NCBI GenBank assembly: GCA_002633005.1
Contig: NMRA01000016.1
Location: forward strand, 95,186 to 159,185
Source of the DNA: Phoronis australis
Taxonomy: Eukaryota; Animalia; Phoronida
Direction: 5' to 3'
Length of the DNA: 64,000 nucleotides
Part shown: positions 1 through 13,100 of the stretch, piece by piece
Layout: each line of letters begins with the position of its first letter
How positions within the stretch are numbered: position 1 is the first letter of the stretch
Translations under genes and position numbers: made by a program
Notes under the pieces: model-generated
Databases searched by the model: none
Seen by the model: the letters and a program-made list of their open reading frames with translations, nothing else
Told to the model about the DNA's origin: nothing

Positions 1-277
1 TACAGTCTTGTTCAATAGAAGGTAAAACATCAACAGGGCAGCAAAAATGGTGAACAAAGGAAAAGCGTTATCAAAAAATCTCCAATAATTCAAAAAGTAG
101 ACGTCCTAGCGGAAATGGAAAATATCTTCTGAAAGCCCGTTCAAACTCTATCTAACAATTTGGTTTCGCAAAATTTGTTAAGTTTTCTATTTTTTTTTTT
201 AAATTTTGCATTTTTAATTGAAAGTCAAGTAACTCAAAAACGGTAGGTTTCTCTGCGAAAAAATTGCTAGAGATCAT

Positions 278-530
278 TTCAAAGGGCACATTGTTCAGAC
301 TACCCAGCGCTCTGATTTGGTCATTTATTTGGACAGTTCCCACCAGGTCATCCAGATCGAACGCACCATCCCGTGGGAAAGTAGACCGCAAGAGGCACAT
401 GAGCGGCAGAACCTAAAGTATGCAGACCTGAAGAATGGCCGTCACGTAAACGGATGGAGGTGTTGGACCTTTTCTGTTCAGGTTGGCTGCCGGGGTTTTC
501 CGGCCACTTCAGAATTGGCGAAAACAAATA
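278..530 (+). mobile_element. Decayed restriction-like endonuclease (RLE) fragment of a HERO-like non-LTR retrotransposon
   Basis: Frame reads FKGHIVQTTQRSDLVIYLDSSHQVIQIERTIPWESRPQEAHERQNLKYADL...GWRCWTFSVQVGCRGF, matching the RLE pattern T.LRPD...ELTVPWE...A.ERK..KY..L...GW...VEVGCRGF; RPD reads RSD and ELT reads ERT. Confidence 0.75.
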
Positions 531-1340
531 CTGGCCAATGCATGTAGGTGACACAGTTTCATGGCTCTGAAAGCCGACGCAAAATATCGCTCCACAACTT
601 TAGCACCGGAATAATGGTGGGGCGCCAAATTTTCCAACAACGGTAAAAATTTTATTTATTCAAGGAAGAGTGTAGTTTTTAATGACACTAATTTTGTGTC
701 AGATTTTATCTTACCACTTTTGTACCCACATCGGCGCAAAGCTGAGCATTTATTATACAGCTTTGTGCCAAGGCTATTGGATAAGAAAACAGAGAATGCT
801 CTCCCTTATTAATTTCAAAACAACAGCGTCAGCTGAGAAACACGGGCTCTCAATTTATCCTTCCACTTGTGCTGTCACGTGTCATTGAATGACACGTGGC
901 GCGAGCACATTTCTTGTGCTAATAGCAGCTACCATTAGAACTCGTTTTGCCAAGCATGTCTGCTTTTGGTAATTGATTTTGACGGTAGCTACGCTTCTTT
1001 GCACCTATCAATTGCACAAGTGTTCACATTACCGATTTGTCGCTGCGTCCGCATCGAGCATGAAGGGTGTACGTGCTGTAGTTTTGACTGAAATTTCATT
1101 GATACTGATTCGCCTAGCAGAGAGCACAGATCTTTTGGAGCACAGTCAGCAGTTGGAATCTGTTCTGTTTGACGTCTACGGCGCACACGATCAAACTGCC
1201 AGGGACAACAAGTTAACGGTAACAATTTCACAATTGTGACACCATGAACTGTTTCTCGATTGATATATGACCGTATAGATTCTGGTAAGATACGTTCACT
1301 ATATATGATATCCCTCATACATACTAATACTGCCATGTCC

Positions 1341-1425
1341 TATAGACAATTCATTTCATCTGGAAATGCCCCAACGAAACCGAAGGTTGGGTTGGGACGT
1401 ACCCAGATGAAATGAATTCTATATA
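1341..1425. repeat. Short hairpin / inverted repeat
   Basis: AATTCATTTCATCTGG ... CCAGATGAAATGAATT, perfect 16-bp arms around a CCGAAGG-containing core. Confidence 0.7.
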
Positions 1426-1662
1426 CACTGTAGGATATCGCAGTGGAGCCAATACTGAGCTGAAGGTGCACGGAAGGGCTTCTCACCACTGGGTGAAACG
1501 GATCTAAACCAAAAGAATACGAGAAAAAATCTCGTTCTGTGTGTAAGTACTAACGAAATCAAATTCCCTTGACACACTTAAAAAATTTCAAATGATTTTA
1601 TTTCTCCTCGCTTTAACATCTCCTTACGACAACGAGTCAAGTCGTCTACCATCTTCTAGCCT

Positions 1663-2090
1663 CAGTGGCCGGTTGCATAAAACAGTCCCTAATGGGGACT
1701 CGGCTAAGTTTTGCATATTTGTTTCGTTCTTAACTTGCATATGTATTGTTTTTCTATCATTTTTCTTTTGTTACAAGCTCACCTTTGACTAATGATATTT
1801 TTTACTAATATAACTAAAAACTAAGCCCTTAATTCAATCAAAACAATTATGGACTTAGTCCTTAAATTAGGGCCGTTGCATGAAAAGATCCCAACTTATT
1901 TTAAATAATATTGAAAATTCGATGAAGAGTTCACTCTTGATTTGTATCTAAGCCAAAAATTGGCCTAGTGATGATTCTCAAGCAGCATAAGATAGGGCAA
2001 TCAGCATTTTCTCAAGTCCACAAATATACGGTAGATTTGGGGAACTTGGCTGAGTCCCTGTTCGCGACTGCTTGATGCAACCGTCCACTG
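1663..2090. mobile_element. MITE, about 430 bp (family copy 1)
   Basis: Terminal inverted repeats CAGTGGCCGGTTGCAT...GGGACTCGGCTAAGTT / AACTTGGCTGAGTCCC...ATGCAACCGTCCACTG; homologous to 15552-15990 in reverse orientation. Confidence 0.75.
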
Positions 2091-3859
2091 GAGTATTTCA
2101 TTCTAACTGTAAGTTGCAGATTGACAGAAAACTGTGTAAGTGGGTTATGTTCATGTTCCAAAAAATGCGATATAGATTTGGAGAGCGATCGAAGTGAGAA
2201 AATTGGCTTGATGATTAACCATGTGAAAATACCATTTTGTCGTCTAAAATGATATAACATAAACCGTTAAATACATTCATATTAACTATTTTTTGAGTTA
2301 TTGCTGACGATTTTTAAGAAAAAATACAAATGGTCGTAAAAAGAATTAAAAACGCAGAAACTTATAAAAATGAGGCTCAGGGTTCTTATGTCAAGGCCAG
2401 CTCGTGTGCTAAGTTTAAAAAATAGTGATTTTGCATATAGCTCACAATCTGTTTTTTCTATGAAATTGTTCTTAATATTTGAGGTGCATTTCGAGTGATA
2501 TATGTATGACTTGATTCTACATGTACACTTTTAATGCACGGACTTCCAACTATGTTGTAAGCTTATGATTATAGATTAGCAAGGTACTATTTGCCAGCAA
2601 GCTAGCCAGGAACCGCTTTGACTTCTCAAAGTTCTCGAAATTTCCCCACGGCCTGTGTATTTCTAATTGTCACCTCGTGTAGATCTAATGACAGGCAGGG
2701 CTGCATGTAAAATCTGTGAATTAGTCGACCCCCACATAGTCGATACTGAGCTGAGGTAAAGCTGAAGCTACGTCGATGTTTTCACAAATTTGTGAAATAT
2801 ACATACATGTACATCAAAAGAACGGGGTAAAGTGGTGGTTGAGCGTGCTAGTACTCACCAAGTCAATTTCCTTTGGGATATTTAGGGAACCATGAACGGT
2901 TTTCCTTGTTATGTTTTGTCTTTTTACGACAAATCAAATTCTCTGCTAACTTGTACTCGCAAATTTTGACCTAATGACGTCATATTGTGATTAATAAAGA
3001 CCCGAATGTCAGCCAATGAGCCAAGTGAATGCTTCTCATGTAATACACGAGTTCACGGTTAGGTGAAAAATACAAGTGGCGGATCTACAGATGAGTAGTA
3101 AAACCTTGAATCTTCGAGTGAATAAGTTCATGTGAGGGGCTCGATTTCCAAGTAGTTAAATTCTCCGAGTTATTTTTGCTGACAAATGATGTTACACGAC
3201 CAATTGAAGTGTGATAAGTACGGCACTGAAATCTACTCTTTTAACGTACGTACGGACTTCCAATCCTGGTTAATGGTTGATGTACCAACTGACCGTCTGC
3301 AGTGTCCGTTAGAGTCGAAACCCATTCTGGTCTGCCATCAAATTCAAAAGTGACTCGTTCATGGGCGATTTGCGGACTGTTTGCGTCGTATTTTGGGAGA
3401 TGATGACAGCGTCGCCGGTGTCCTTGTATTAAGATACTGATGCTCACATTTAAATTCCAATGTTTCTGCCGTCCATGTGATGGGTTAGCCAATGCTTAAC
3501 AATGTTTAAGGGTTTGCAGACTAGTGATGGTGCATCTGCCTTAGTCCTTTGATGAATATTTGAAAAATGACTTTTGCTCTGAGGACCTCGTGGCGCTGCT
3601 GATTTTTCTCCGAAAATCACAAGAGTCAGGTGATAATGGGTGATGAAATAAAAAGAATACTCGTGTTTCTTTTCAAGGCATCTCAAGTTCGATAATGTTG
3701 TAAGGATGCACTAGAGAGGAGTGCTTTGATAAGAAATAGTCAAACCAAACATGAATAATTGAGGGTTAGTGGATCGAACACAAAGTTTATTGATGCATGT
3801 TTTTCCAAATCAAATTTGGTGTCAGGAAACAATGGCTGCTTTGAAACCTCTCCTCTGGT

Positions 3860-5390
3860 TTTCACGCCATTATTCACACAGGCATCACCACCTAGCTGCC
3901 GTAATATTCAGTTGAATGGGTCCTTGATTTCGAAACAGCAGGCGTTCTGCAATGGAAATAACTGATTCTGAAATCGGGAATCAATCAGGGACCCATATTA
4001 TTACTATAATTAATTACCATCGTGGCTAGTCGCCACTATTCCAAGGTGCCATCTTGATTGCTGTCAATACCGAATGTGCAAATCTACCATATTTGAATTT
4101 GCCGCCGCAGTTGCTTTATAGGAAATGAATGCCTCTATCGGTTGGCAACCGATTGTGTACAGTGTTGACGGGTGTTGTTGTAACGAACAGAAGCAGTCAA
4201 TAAGGTTATTTTATTTGAATTCTTATCATAAAATTAATGTCAAACGAACAACTAGTACAGGAAACATACACCTGTATTATATTATGGAAATGTTTTGGAA
4301 ATGAATAATGTCACCGTTGCCGCACCCCAGCTATATCGACTGTGACTGTGTTAAATCGGGTGACATTATGCTCATAATCAGCAGCAATAATCTTTTCTTC
4401 TCGATTAAAGTAAAAATGTGACAAAATTCTGACACTCTTGAATTCCTATAACTAAGCCCCAAATGGCTAAACGGATCACCGTCATCTTAAGGCTTGGGGA
4501 TGAGGCTACTTTGCATCAAACCTGTTATTGCCGAAGTTTTGTAATGACCCGCACACAAATTACGATCACACGAAAAAAATTTTCCTGCAAAATGATACGG
4601 TGAATATATATTTCAGGAAAATCAAGCCCTCAAACACTACTTGTTCATGCAAAAATTCAACGATTTCCTGTTCGCTCTTAAGTTCGCCACTAATGACTAC
4701 GCGTTAAACATGCGCGCACGCAGCCTTCAATTTGGGGGGGGCTCTTTTGCTAACAAAAGAGCCGGCGGACTAAAAAAATAAAAAATAAAAAAATAAAAAA
4801 ACGGGAGCACCAATGTGAATTGCGCATGTGGCTTATTTAGTGGACTTTTGTCCCATTTTCTTGGACTTTTTGTCTCTCGGGAGCGGACCTTTTTGCCTAC
4901 TTCGCCTAATGGGGGGCTCGTTCGAGCCTCCCGAGCCCCCTCCCCCCCCTCTGGGTGCACGCATGATTAAACGCGACCGCGATATTCATCAGAGATCAAA
5001 AATTCACGCTTGCGTACGCGATATGCTTCATTAGAGAACTTTGTCTACACGTTAAACGTGAACGCGACTGGATGGGGGTGTCACGATAACAGCAACTACC
5101 ATAGTGGTGACAATTAGGAGTGGCCGCAACAGCGGGAGAGACACCGTGCAGTTCACTAAAAGACAGACGGATAAATACAGCTCGTTGGTGGCACGACTGC
5201 GACTAGCAAGTGTAGCAACTGGATAAAGAGTATTTCATTCGTCCTGATTTCAGAACCATGCATTTACTTCCGTTGAATATTGTCTGTTACTTTGAAATCA
5301 GGGACCCATACATGTAATTCTGACTGTTAACAGTAACGTGCAGGCGTTTACTGCCTGTGAAAAATCATGTTGACAGTCGTGGGGACAGGA
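3860..5390. repeat. Diverged inverted repeat pair (old non-autonomous DNA transposon)
   Basis: 3860-3980 reverse-complements to 5241-5390 (TCCYGATTTCAGAA...TTYGAAATCARGGACCCAT...TGCCTGTG). Confidence 0.5.
4709..4966. mobile_element. hAT-like MITE
   Basis: Ends CATGCGCGCACGCAG / CTGGGTGCACGCATG with G- and C-runs inside; no target-site duplication confirmed. Confidence 0.5.
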
Positions 5391-7415
5391 TAAGGACTCA
5401 TTACCAGCAATACGTAAACAAGGTCATCCGCCAGGTTCTCTGCGTAAACTAGGTTATCGCTCATTGACCAATGAGCGCTTCACACTTCGCGTATCAAAAA
5501 GGCGGAGAGAACGGTAAGGACTGTTGTTATTGATTTTTTGCACATCGTAACCCGAAATTACCAAAAGGTCAAAGATATTCAGTTAAAAAGGAGAGACAAA
5601 ACATTCCTCTGAAGTTCTCTGACCAAATTTAAAAAGTCACAACTCGTAAGCAAGTAAAAGCGGTCATTTTTATCGGTTGCCCTACATGTACATCGCACTA
5701 CCGACCTCAGTCGACTAGTTCTTCGCAATGCATTCATACAATTCTCAAAAATTCAACTTGTGATGACTCTTTTCAATTTAAAACCACCCACAATACTCTA
5801 AAAACAATTAATATGAGGTACAAAAACATTTTCTTACTCTGAAATGAATCTTGAACACAAATCAGGCATTGGGTTATACCTAAAATAGTTACATTGACTT
5901 CCAGTGCCTAATTTCAGTCCCATAGGCTCAAGTCTTAATCACTACTGAACGCCATGCTTGCTCTGTGCACAGCAATCAAAATGTTACATACAGTATAAGA
6001 TAAACATTTATAAGTAAACTGGTGTGAAAATTATGAGTGATTTAACCAAAACCACTGATGATAGTCTGTGATAAAAAACTAAAGTCGAATGACAAAAATT
6101 GTCAATTTCAGGCAGCCTCATGTTAAATACAATTTTTGTCTAATTTTCTTCAGACTGACTTCCGTTGGACTTATCGGTAACTAACCGCTTTTGAAGGTCT
6201 CGGTCGAAAATGATCGTTTTCTTGCAAGCAGTTTCGACCATTTCACTAATCGAAGCCACAAATTAAGCCGAAAGTTTTGACCATACCATTTTAAACATTG
6301 AAATTCATCCGGTTTTGATGAAACTTTGCCACGTTTTTAATTCTAAATTCATATGTTATCTGCAAATGCGATTCCTTCACAAATAAGACCACCACGCGGT
6401 GTTTTCTGCGAATCCCTTGTATCCTGGATGGGGCTAACTGAATGATTTTCACGCATGCGCGGTTCATGGTTTCAATATTGCTGGTACTGTACGACCGTGG
6501 TTACATTTTTATATTCTGGCAAATCCCAGTTATAAAAATTCTGAAATGCTATTGACTACTTCGAATCTTAAGAATCAAAGCATTTCTCTCATTTGCGTTC
6601 ATGAAATATTACCGAAATTGAGGTGTGTCGGCACGAAATATGGGTATACTATATCAGTGGCGGACCTAGCAAATAATAAGCGGGGTCCAGCATTTCGTCT
6701 CGCAAACAATCGCTCAAAGCACGGTTGTAGAAGCACAGCGCCGAATGGGGGCTGTAAAAACAAGCATTTTTGCTCTATTTCTAAAGTATTATCATACTGA
6801 GAATGTGTAAAATGGAAAATGCGAATGGTGCATGGACTCGAATTCAGGAGCTATTAGTCAGAGCGCGCGTGCTTTTCAGCTGCGCCACCACGCTTCCAAC
6901 TAAACTGCTTTGCTAAGGGACATACTTGTTTATGGTCCACAGCGTTTGCGCGCGAGCCAGTTTCTTTCCGTAATGTTTAGCACGCATTATAATTTGCTTT
7001 TTTATCTTTGCGGCCGCCAAGGGGGGTGGCTAAGTCCACCTACGTAATTCTGTGGCACTTACAACCACCCAATTATTGTGGCTTTTCTGGGAAAAAATAG
7101 CAAGGCGAGGAGCGTCTAAGAACAAGTGTCCTATTTCAAACAATCAATTGAATAACACACCTGAGCTTGAAGCTACACCATCTCTTGGATAGTCAAACTT
7201 TCAAAAAACTTTAAATAGTTGTATACGATCAATCGGCAATTAAAACTCACGTTTTGCACTTAAGTGAAATGGCTAATATTTGCGTTGTTTCCGCCCGTTT
7301 TACAAGAATTTAAGCAAAAATGTAAGTCAAAATTGTGATGTAGTAAGCAAAGAATATCGACCTCATATGTTTGCGTATAACGTACAAATCCTTTAAGTAT
7401 TGGCATTTTCGTGTA

Positions 7416-7862
7416 GCACAAGGGCGGGAGTCAACAATAGATCAGACTTCAAAACCACTTGCCCGACTTATAACCAGCTGGTTGGTCTGCAAAACCCGCC
7501 AATGGCCGGTGTTTCAACTTGGTGGTCGGACGTCACAACGCAATGTCCGGTACCTCAAAGCCAGATGACTACACCCAAAAAACAGGTTGGCCAGACCTAA
7601 ACTGGGTTGGCCAGTGCTCAAACACAATGATCGAAAGCGGGTCTCTGAGGCCGTCGTGTTTTATCACCGCCTAACCGATTATAGCACGGACCATCGTGTT
7701 TTGGATGCAGCCAACTAGATTTTTTGGGTGAGGCCATCGCATTCTGAAGCCCGAACAACGAGTTTTATCACCGACTATTTGGTTCTACAGTCCAGCCTAG
7801 TGGTTATACTGTTGGGGCAAGTGGTTTTGAAGTCCGACCAATTGTTGGTTCCCGCTTGTAGC
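7416..7862. mobile_element. MITE with about 80-bp imperfect TIRs
   Basis: GCGGGAGTCAACAATAGATCAGACTTCAAAACCACTTGCCC versus GGGCAAGTGGTTTTGAAGTCCGACCAATTGTTGGTTCCCGC. Confidence 0.7.
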
Positions 7863-8324
7863 AGTGAGCTTGTAAATTACAGATGCATACTCTTGGTTCT
7901 CTTAAGCTGGCATTCGAGAGACTGCTAATAATAATATGATGTCATTAGGTCAAATTGTGAGAGCGAAGGATGGCAGACGACTTGACACAATTTGGGGTTA
8001 AAAATTCCACAATTTTTGCATTCGACCATTAAAAACGGGAAAAGACAACGAAAATACGTAAAAACCGAACTGCTTGAAATGCATGGTAACCACCACGCAG
8101 GCAGTCCAGACCGTCTAACCTGACCCTAAATTTTGGAAAAATCTTTTCATTTTGGTTACTCACAATATCTAAAAAATGTTTACTATAGAGCCCAAATCAC
8201 TTGGTCGATTGTTGATATCGTTAATACTAATGCCCATCTTGTGCCAGAATTACTTCTTAAATGCTGTTTTTTGTTGACTGAAATTGAGTCACGAATTTCA
8301 CGATTCCAGCAGCTCCTAATGTGA

Positions 8325-8450
8325 ACAGTTTTTTAGCTGAGGAGCTACAAACCTGACTCGAGCGTTTCGCAGCGTGACACAGTGGGACTCGAATCCACGA
8401 CCTCGAGTAAAGAAAGCGGGCACCCATCACATTAGGCCACGCTGCTTCCT
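8325..8450 (-). mobile_element. tRNA-derived SINE (copy 1)
   Basis: A-box-like TGGCCTAATG and B-box GGATTCGAGTCC; body shared with 12960-13086 and 20830-20940. Confidence 0.7.
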
Positions 8451-10068
8451 TCAAATTTGACTTAAGATTTAAGACATAAACTTGGTCTCACGTTTCCACT
8501 TCACGGTTGATGAATTAATGTTTGTCGCAATAATTTTGAGCGTCTCAGAGTCTAGAAATACTCAAGAGAAATTCTCGGTAACTAGCAATTACTTGCATTT
8601 TCTCAGAGGCTTTGCACTTTCACTCAAGTGCGAGTTTGATTATTTTCAGAAGTAGTTATCTGGAGCGTTGTTCCAATTTTTGAGTAACTTAAAAAAGCGA
8701 ACTCCTCAGTGTTTCTCATACTACATTTATACTCAAGCACAGAATAATGTCTTTAGTTTGCACAAAAGCGAAACGGAAAAGTCGAAAATAATATCGTATT
8801 TGATTTCAAGTAGAATTATTAGATTCCGGGCACAAGTATTCCTGCAAATCAGTGTTTCATATGATCCCATTCTACAGAACTTCTGAATATTTGGATCAGA
8901 AAACCTGTCTGCTCCGGAACTGTGCAGATTTATCAAATATTCTTATTTTACACTGCTGAGGTGAGAACATTTTGTACTTACTAACGAACACCATTAAAGA
9001 GGTGTGGAATGCAGAAGCTCCTTAAAAATATCTTTTAAATAATTCCTGACGATAGTACAATCTGGTAACGACTAGTTCAGAGCAATTCACTTTCCCCTGT
9101 GTGGAAATATCAGAAGTCGCGAAACTCGCTATTGAAGTACGCGCGAAGGAAAAACTGTGGTTACCACACAGTTTGTAATCTCCCGACCACTTATGATAAA
9201 TGACCGCGTGCGCTCACAATCAGTTGCTTGAAGTCGCTTGAGGTCAAAGTTCACATTTTTCATATAAGGGAAATGTGCTACGTCTATATCTTGCCACACC
9301 AAATAAGGAGACGTGCTTTGCCTTGTGAAAGAAAAAAATCCACGACATGGCGAGTAGTTGACATTTTTTTGAAATTTGAAACTAAAACAAAATGCTTCGA
9401 TATCGCCAGAAATTAAAAGTCCTGACGAATGAACCCTAAAATACAGTAACTTGTGAACAGGTTGAATTTTGTTTCAGTGGAAGAGAACCACTTTTGATAA
9501 TGCGATAGTGTCTGTTTATCGCGTTACAGGACTTTTTAAATAAGTCTGAAATGTCCTCAAATAAAATGAATCTGTGGAAGATTTCAGTGGAAATTAGTTA
9601 TCGATAGCATGATTAAGACGGCCAATGTACCGCAGCAAAGTATTGAACAACCTGCTTACCTCGGTGCCATTCAATGTTTACATGTAGATTGATAATTCAG
9701 AAGAAGTTGGCAGTGAAAAAATGAAAACCTTGAGCAAACGACCCTTACTTCCATGAACCTGCTGAACTGCCATGGCAACTAGTTTTCATCGCTATTAGAA
9801 CAATTTAGACCATAATCGAGTTGATGACGCTTTGTCTCCGTCCACCGTAGTTGGCATAAACTACAACCATCACCAAATTTGGTTGCAGCGCCCACACGTG
9901 AGAGTAAAGCGCCCTAGGCACGCAATAGCAACAGGCAAAATGGTTCCACGGAAGTCATAGAGATTTCTCTGGTAAGGTTGATCGTGAAAATGCGACTGAA
10001 ACAGTCACGCCGCTACGGAAACAATGAGGCAAATGTGACGTTTATTGCATTGTTGTTTTGTCTTCCAG

Positions 10069-10159
10069 GTAGGGAGGTTTAAACGCAAAGTTTCTGGTCG
10101 ACTATGGGAAAATGCTAAAGTTCCTTACAGATTTGAAACAACACCTGGCAAAAATTGGG
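10069..10159 (+). CDS. Gene A exon: propeptide cleavage site and astacin N-terminus
   Basis: ttccag|VGRFKRKVSGRLWENAKVPYRFETTPGKNW|gt; R-X-K-R site followed by W...VPY. Confidence 0.85.
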
Positions 10160-13100
10160 GTAGGGATCAAAGAGCTTTGTTTACGTAATTTTAATCACAG
10201 AATACGTGGTGTGGTGTTGCAGTGGCTGTTCACATGTTTATGTTTACCTTGACCAACCTTCAACCAACGTCGTTAACGGTTAGCAATTTAAAACTCGTTT
10301 TTGAGCTTGAACCATTTTGATATTCTTAGTATTATTTCCAGTAGGTCGCATAAATAGTTTCTTCCTGGAATTATGGACTTGTTTTTAATATTAGTTTTGA
10401 CCAAGTGAGATTTTTGTTATAGGAAGTTACCAAGAGGAAGGTGAGGGAATCGTAAAGGCAGCACTTGCTCTCATACAAAAGCAAACGTGTCTTAAGTTTA
10501 ACTTGGTGGAGGAAGGTTACAACAGCCACCACTTGATCTTCAGGAACGGTAACGGGTAATAATTTGTCCCCGCTAAAAGTTTATCCTATGTCTGACCGTG
10601 TATTAGTGGTTCGGATTACACGTGGAATACGTGTTTTAACGATGTCTCAAACCTTACTCACAAAAAGTGTTGTACAATATTTCACAAATGTGTGGCAAAA
10701 TACCGTATCTTCGTTCTCGGGGAAATTCAAATGCGAAATATATACTGTTTAGCAAGAAAATAAAATTAGTACCACCACGTTCAACAGTGTGACAATTTAT
10801 GTACTACTTATCCGAGGTAATGGTTAGTGCGCTGTCACTTAAATCAAATCTCCAGGAGACAGGCGTAGAGCAGTTCCGTATGTACCCCTCAGTCCTTTCA
10901 TTCACCGAGTTGACATAGTGTTGAGTCAACGAGGTGTACATACCATAGATACATGTAGATGCCGCGTAAACGTAGCTAAAAGTTTTCATCCTGAGGGAGT
11001 TGTACGTCTGCATACAAAGGACCGTTGACAACGAATCCGTCGAGTCCGAGTCGCTGAACTGCCCCTGTGACTTACAGTAATGTTCACCAACACAGAAAGC
11101 TGTTACAAAGATGGATCCACCCCGACATTTACTGTAATGCATGTATGGTATTGGTCGATAATTTGAAATTTCGCTGTTTTAATATCGTGCTGACGACGCT
11201 CTTTAAACACCGACTCGAATTCTCTTGTCCATTTCGTACTTGATTTCTTGATATTATTCTCCCGGCGCGTGGTGTGTATACAATGAGGTGTTAGCCTACT
11301 TTGTGCTGGCTCCGCCTTCTGACCTAGTTAAACCCCACGTACACAGTTAAAACGTTTTAGTGATAATTAAGTTAACTGCACACTGAAAGTTCAGTTGACA
11401 TTCAGAGTGAATGTTGAAATAGCGAACATGGTTAAGGCATGTATAGGTTTTCTTGACCGAAAACAAGTTTTCACCGCATTCACTGCTCACTACATAATTT
11501 TCTTTTTGTCTTGTTTTCGCCAAATCGTCTTAATTTGAACTTAGGAAAACAAGTTCTCAAAAACAGCTCAGTGGAATTAATATTTACTCATCATTCTCAG
11601 AAACTCTTTTAGGTTTTTTGGTATAAAGTCATGGTCTCCCTAATGTAACAAAAACGAATGAGACAGCTATTTTTTACAAAAATACCTTACGTTCTGCGAA
11701 TTGATCTATCGCAAAAACCAAACTAAGAGACTAATCGAAAATTCCTGACACAGTTCTTAAGTTAACTGTTTTTTAAATCGACAGAGGTGTTATTTTACTA
11801 CGAATATAACTTTCTTTAAAATGAAATATTGGCTCTAAAGAGAATGTAATGGCACATAAATATATAATTCATATCCCTGGTCATTTTTCTTTCAGAAAAT
11901 ATATACTTTTACTAGTTGACAAAGCCTGGTTTTTGATAAATGAGATATCCTTAGAATTTGATCCTTTCGTTTGGATAAAATTTTTCTCTCAAATTTCGTT
12001 GCAGAACTCGAAATCACGTTTCTTCTCAGAGATCAACTTAACAGTGACATCAAGCAAGATGTTGATTGGACAACAATCATGTTATTAATGTTGTTTTTCT
12101 CAAACGAAGTTAAGGAGCTGTGATTTCTTCTTGACAACTCTAACCAACCTCAGTAAAGAGCAAAAATTAATGTTTTTAAGGGTAAAAAGTTAGCAATAAG
12201 CCGAAGATAACAGAAATGGATGAAGAGTTCACGGTAGTTTTTGTAACTCTTTTAATGGTAATCACGGTTATCTCAAATTTATTTAATGGCCTCCATTCTA
12301 ACTGGTATATAAAAAACTATGCTTTGTCAAATTAGAAAAAATGTCTTAGAGAACTCGTGACCGTAAAGTAGAATTAAGTCGATTTGCCGAAGCCGAGAAA
12401 AAAGCCGATTAAACTGTGTGAAGTGAAAGTCTCGAGGTCTTCAGTTATTTGCTCAGTGAGAACTTGTTTTGGTCGGTATAACCTATTCATGCCTTAACCA
12501 TGATAGCTATTTCAACATTCACGCGAAATGTCAGCTGAATTTACAGTGATTAATTAACTTAATTATCACAAAAACATTTACTCAGCCATGTCGATTTCCA
12601 ATGCATCGAGGAAAATTTAAAAACTCTTTCCAAAGTCAGCTAAACGGATAAGCGGGACTTAGGCTTTTAGGGAATTACACAACTCTGGCAAAAGTCCGTC
12701 CTCCAACAACCATAATATCCACTCTGTGACATAAGGACTAGGAGTTTTACCTGATTCCTGCTTTCATCTTTCAAGATTGACAGCCATCGATGCATGAGCA
12801 ACTGACAGAACGAGGATTGGTGGAAATCATCAAAACTGGATTTAGAGTCCTTTTAAGATTGTCATACGAGTCATAAGCAAACATTTCACGTTTAAAAAAT
12901 AATTGCAGGTGGTCTGATACACGTTGTATCAGACGTGGGCCCATGTCACTGATCACCTGGAAATATTTTTGTGCTAAGGAGCTAGAAACCTGGCTCAAGG
13001 GTTTATCAGTGTGTCCTGGTGGGACTTGAACCCACGACCTCGAGTAAAGAAAGCGGGCACTTATCAACCTGGCCACACTGCCTCCTCAACACTTCACGTT

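Noticed and set aside
8325-8450. Genuine tRNA gene
   Set aside because: A/B boxes present but no convincing cloverleaf, and three diverged copies share a non-tRNA body; treated as SINE
8878-8960. Possible upstream propeptide exon of gene A (ag|...LLNIWIRKPVCSGTVQIYQIFLFYTAE|gtgaga, phase 1-0)
   Set aside because: Splice sites and phase fit, but there is no astacin propeptide motif (FxGDI) or other support; left out of the model
10804-11142. 112-aa minus-strand ORF
   Set aside because: Intronic, no recognisable motif; consistent with chance
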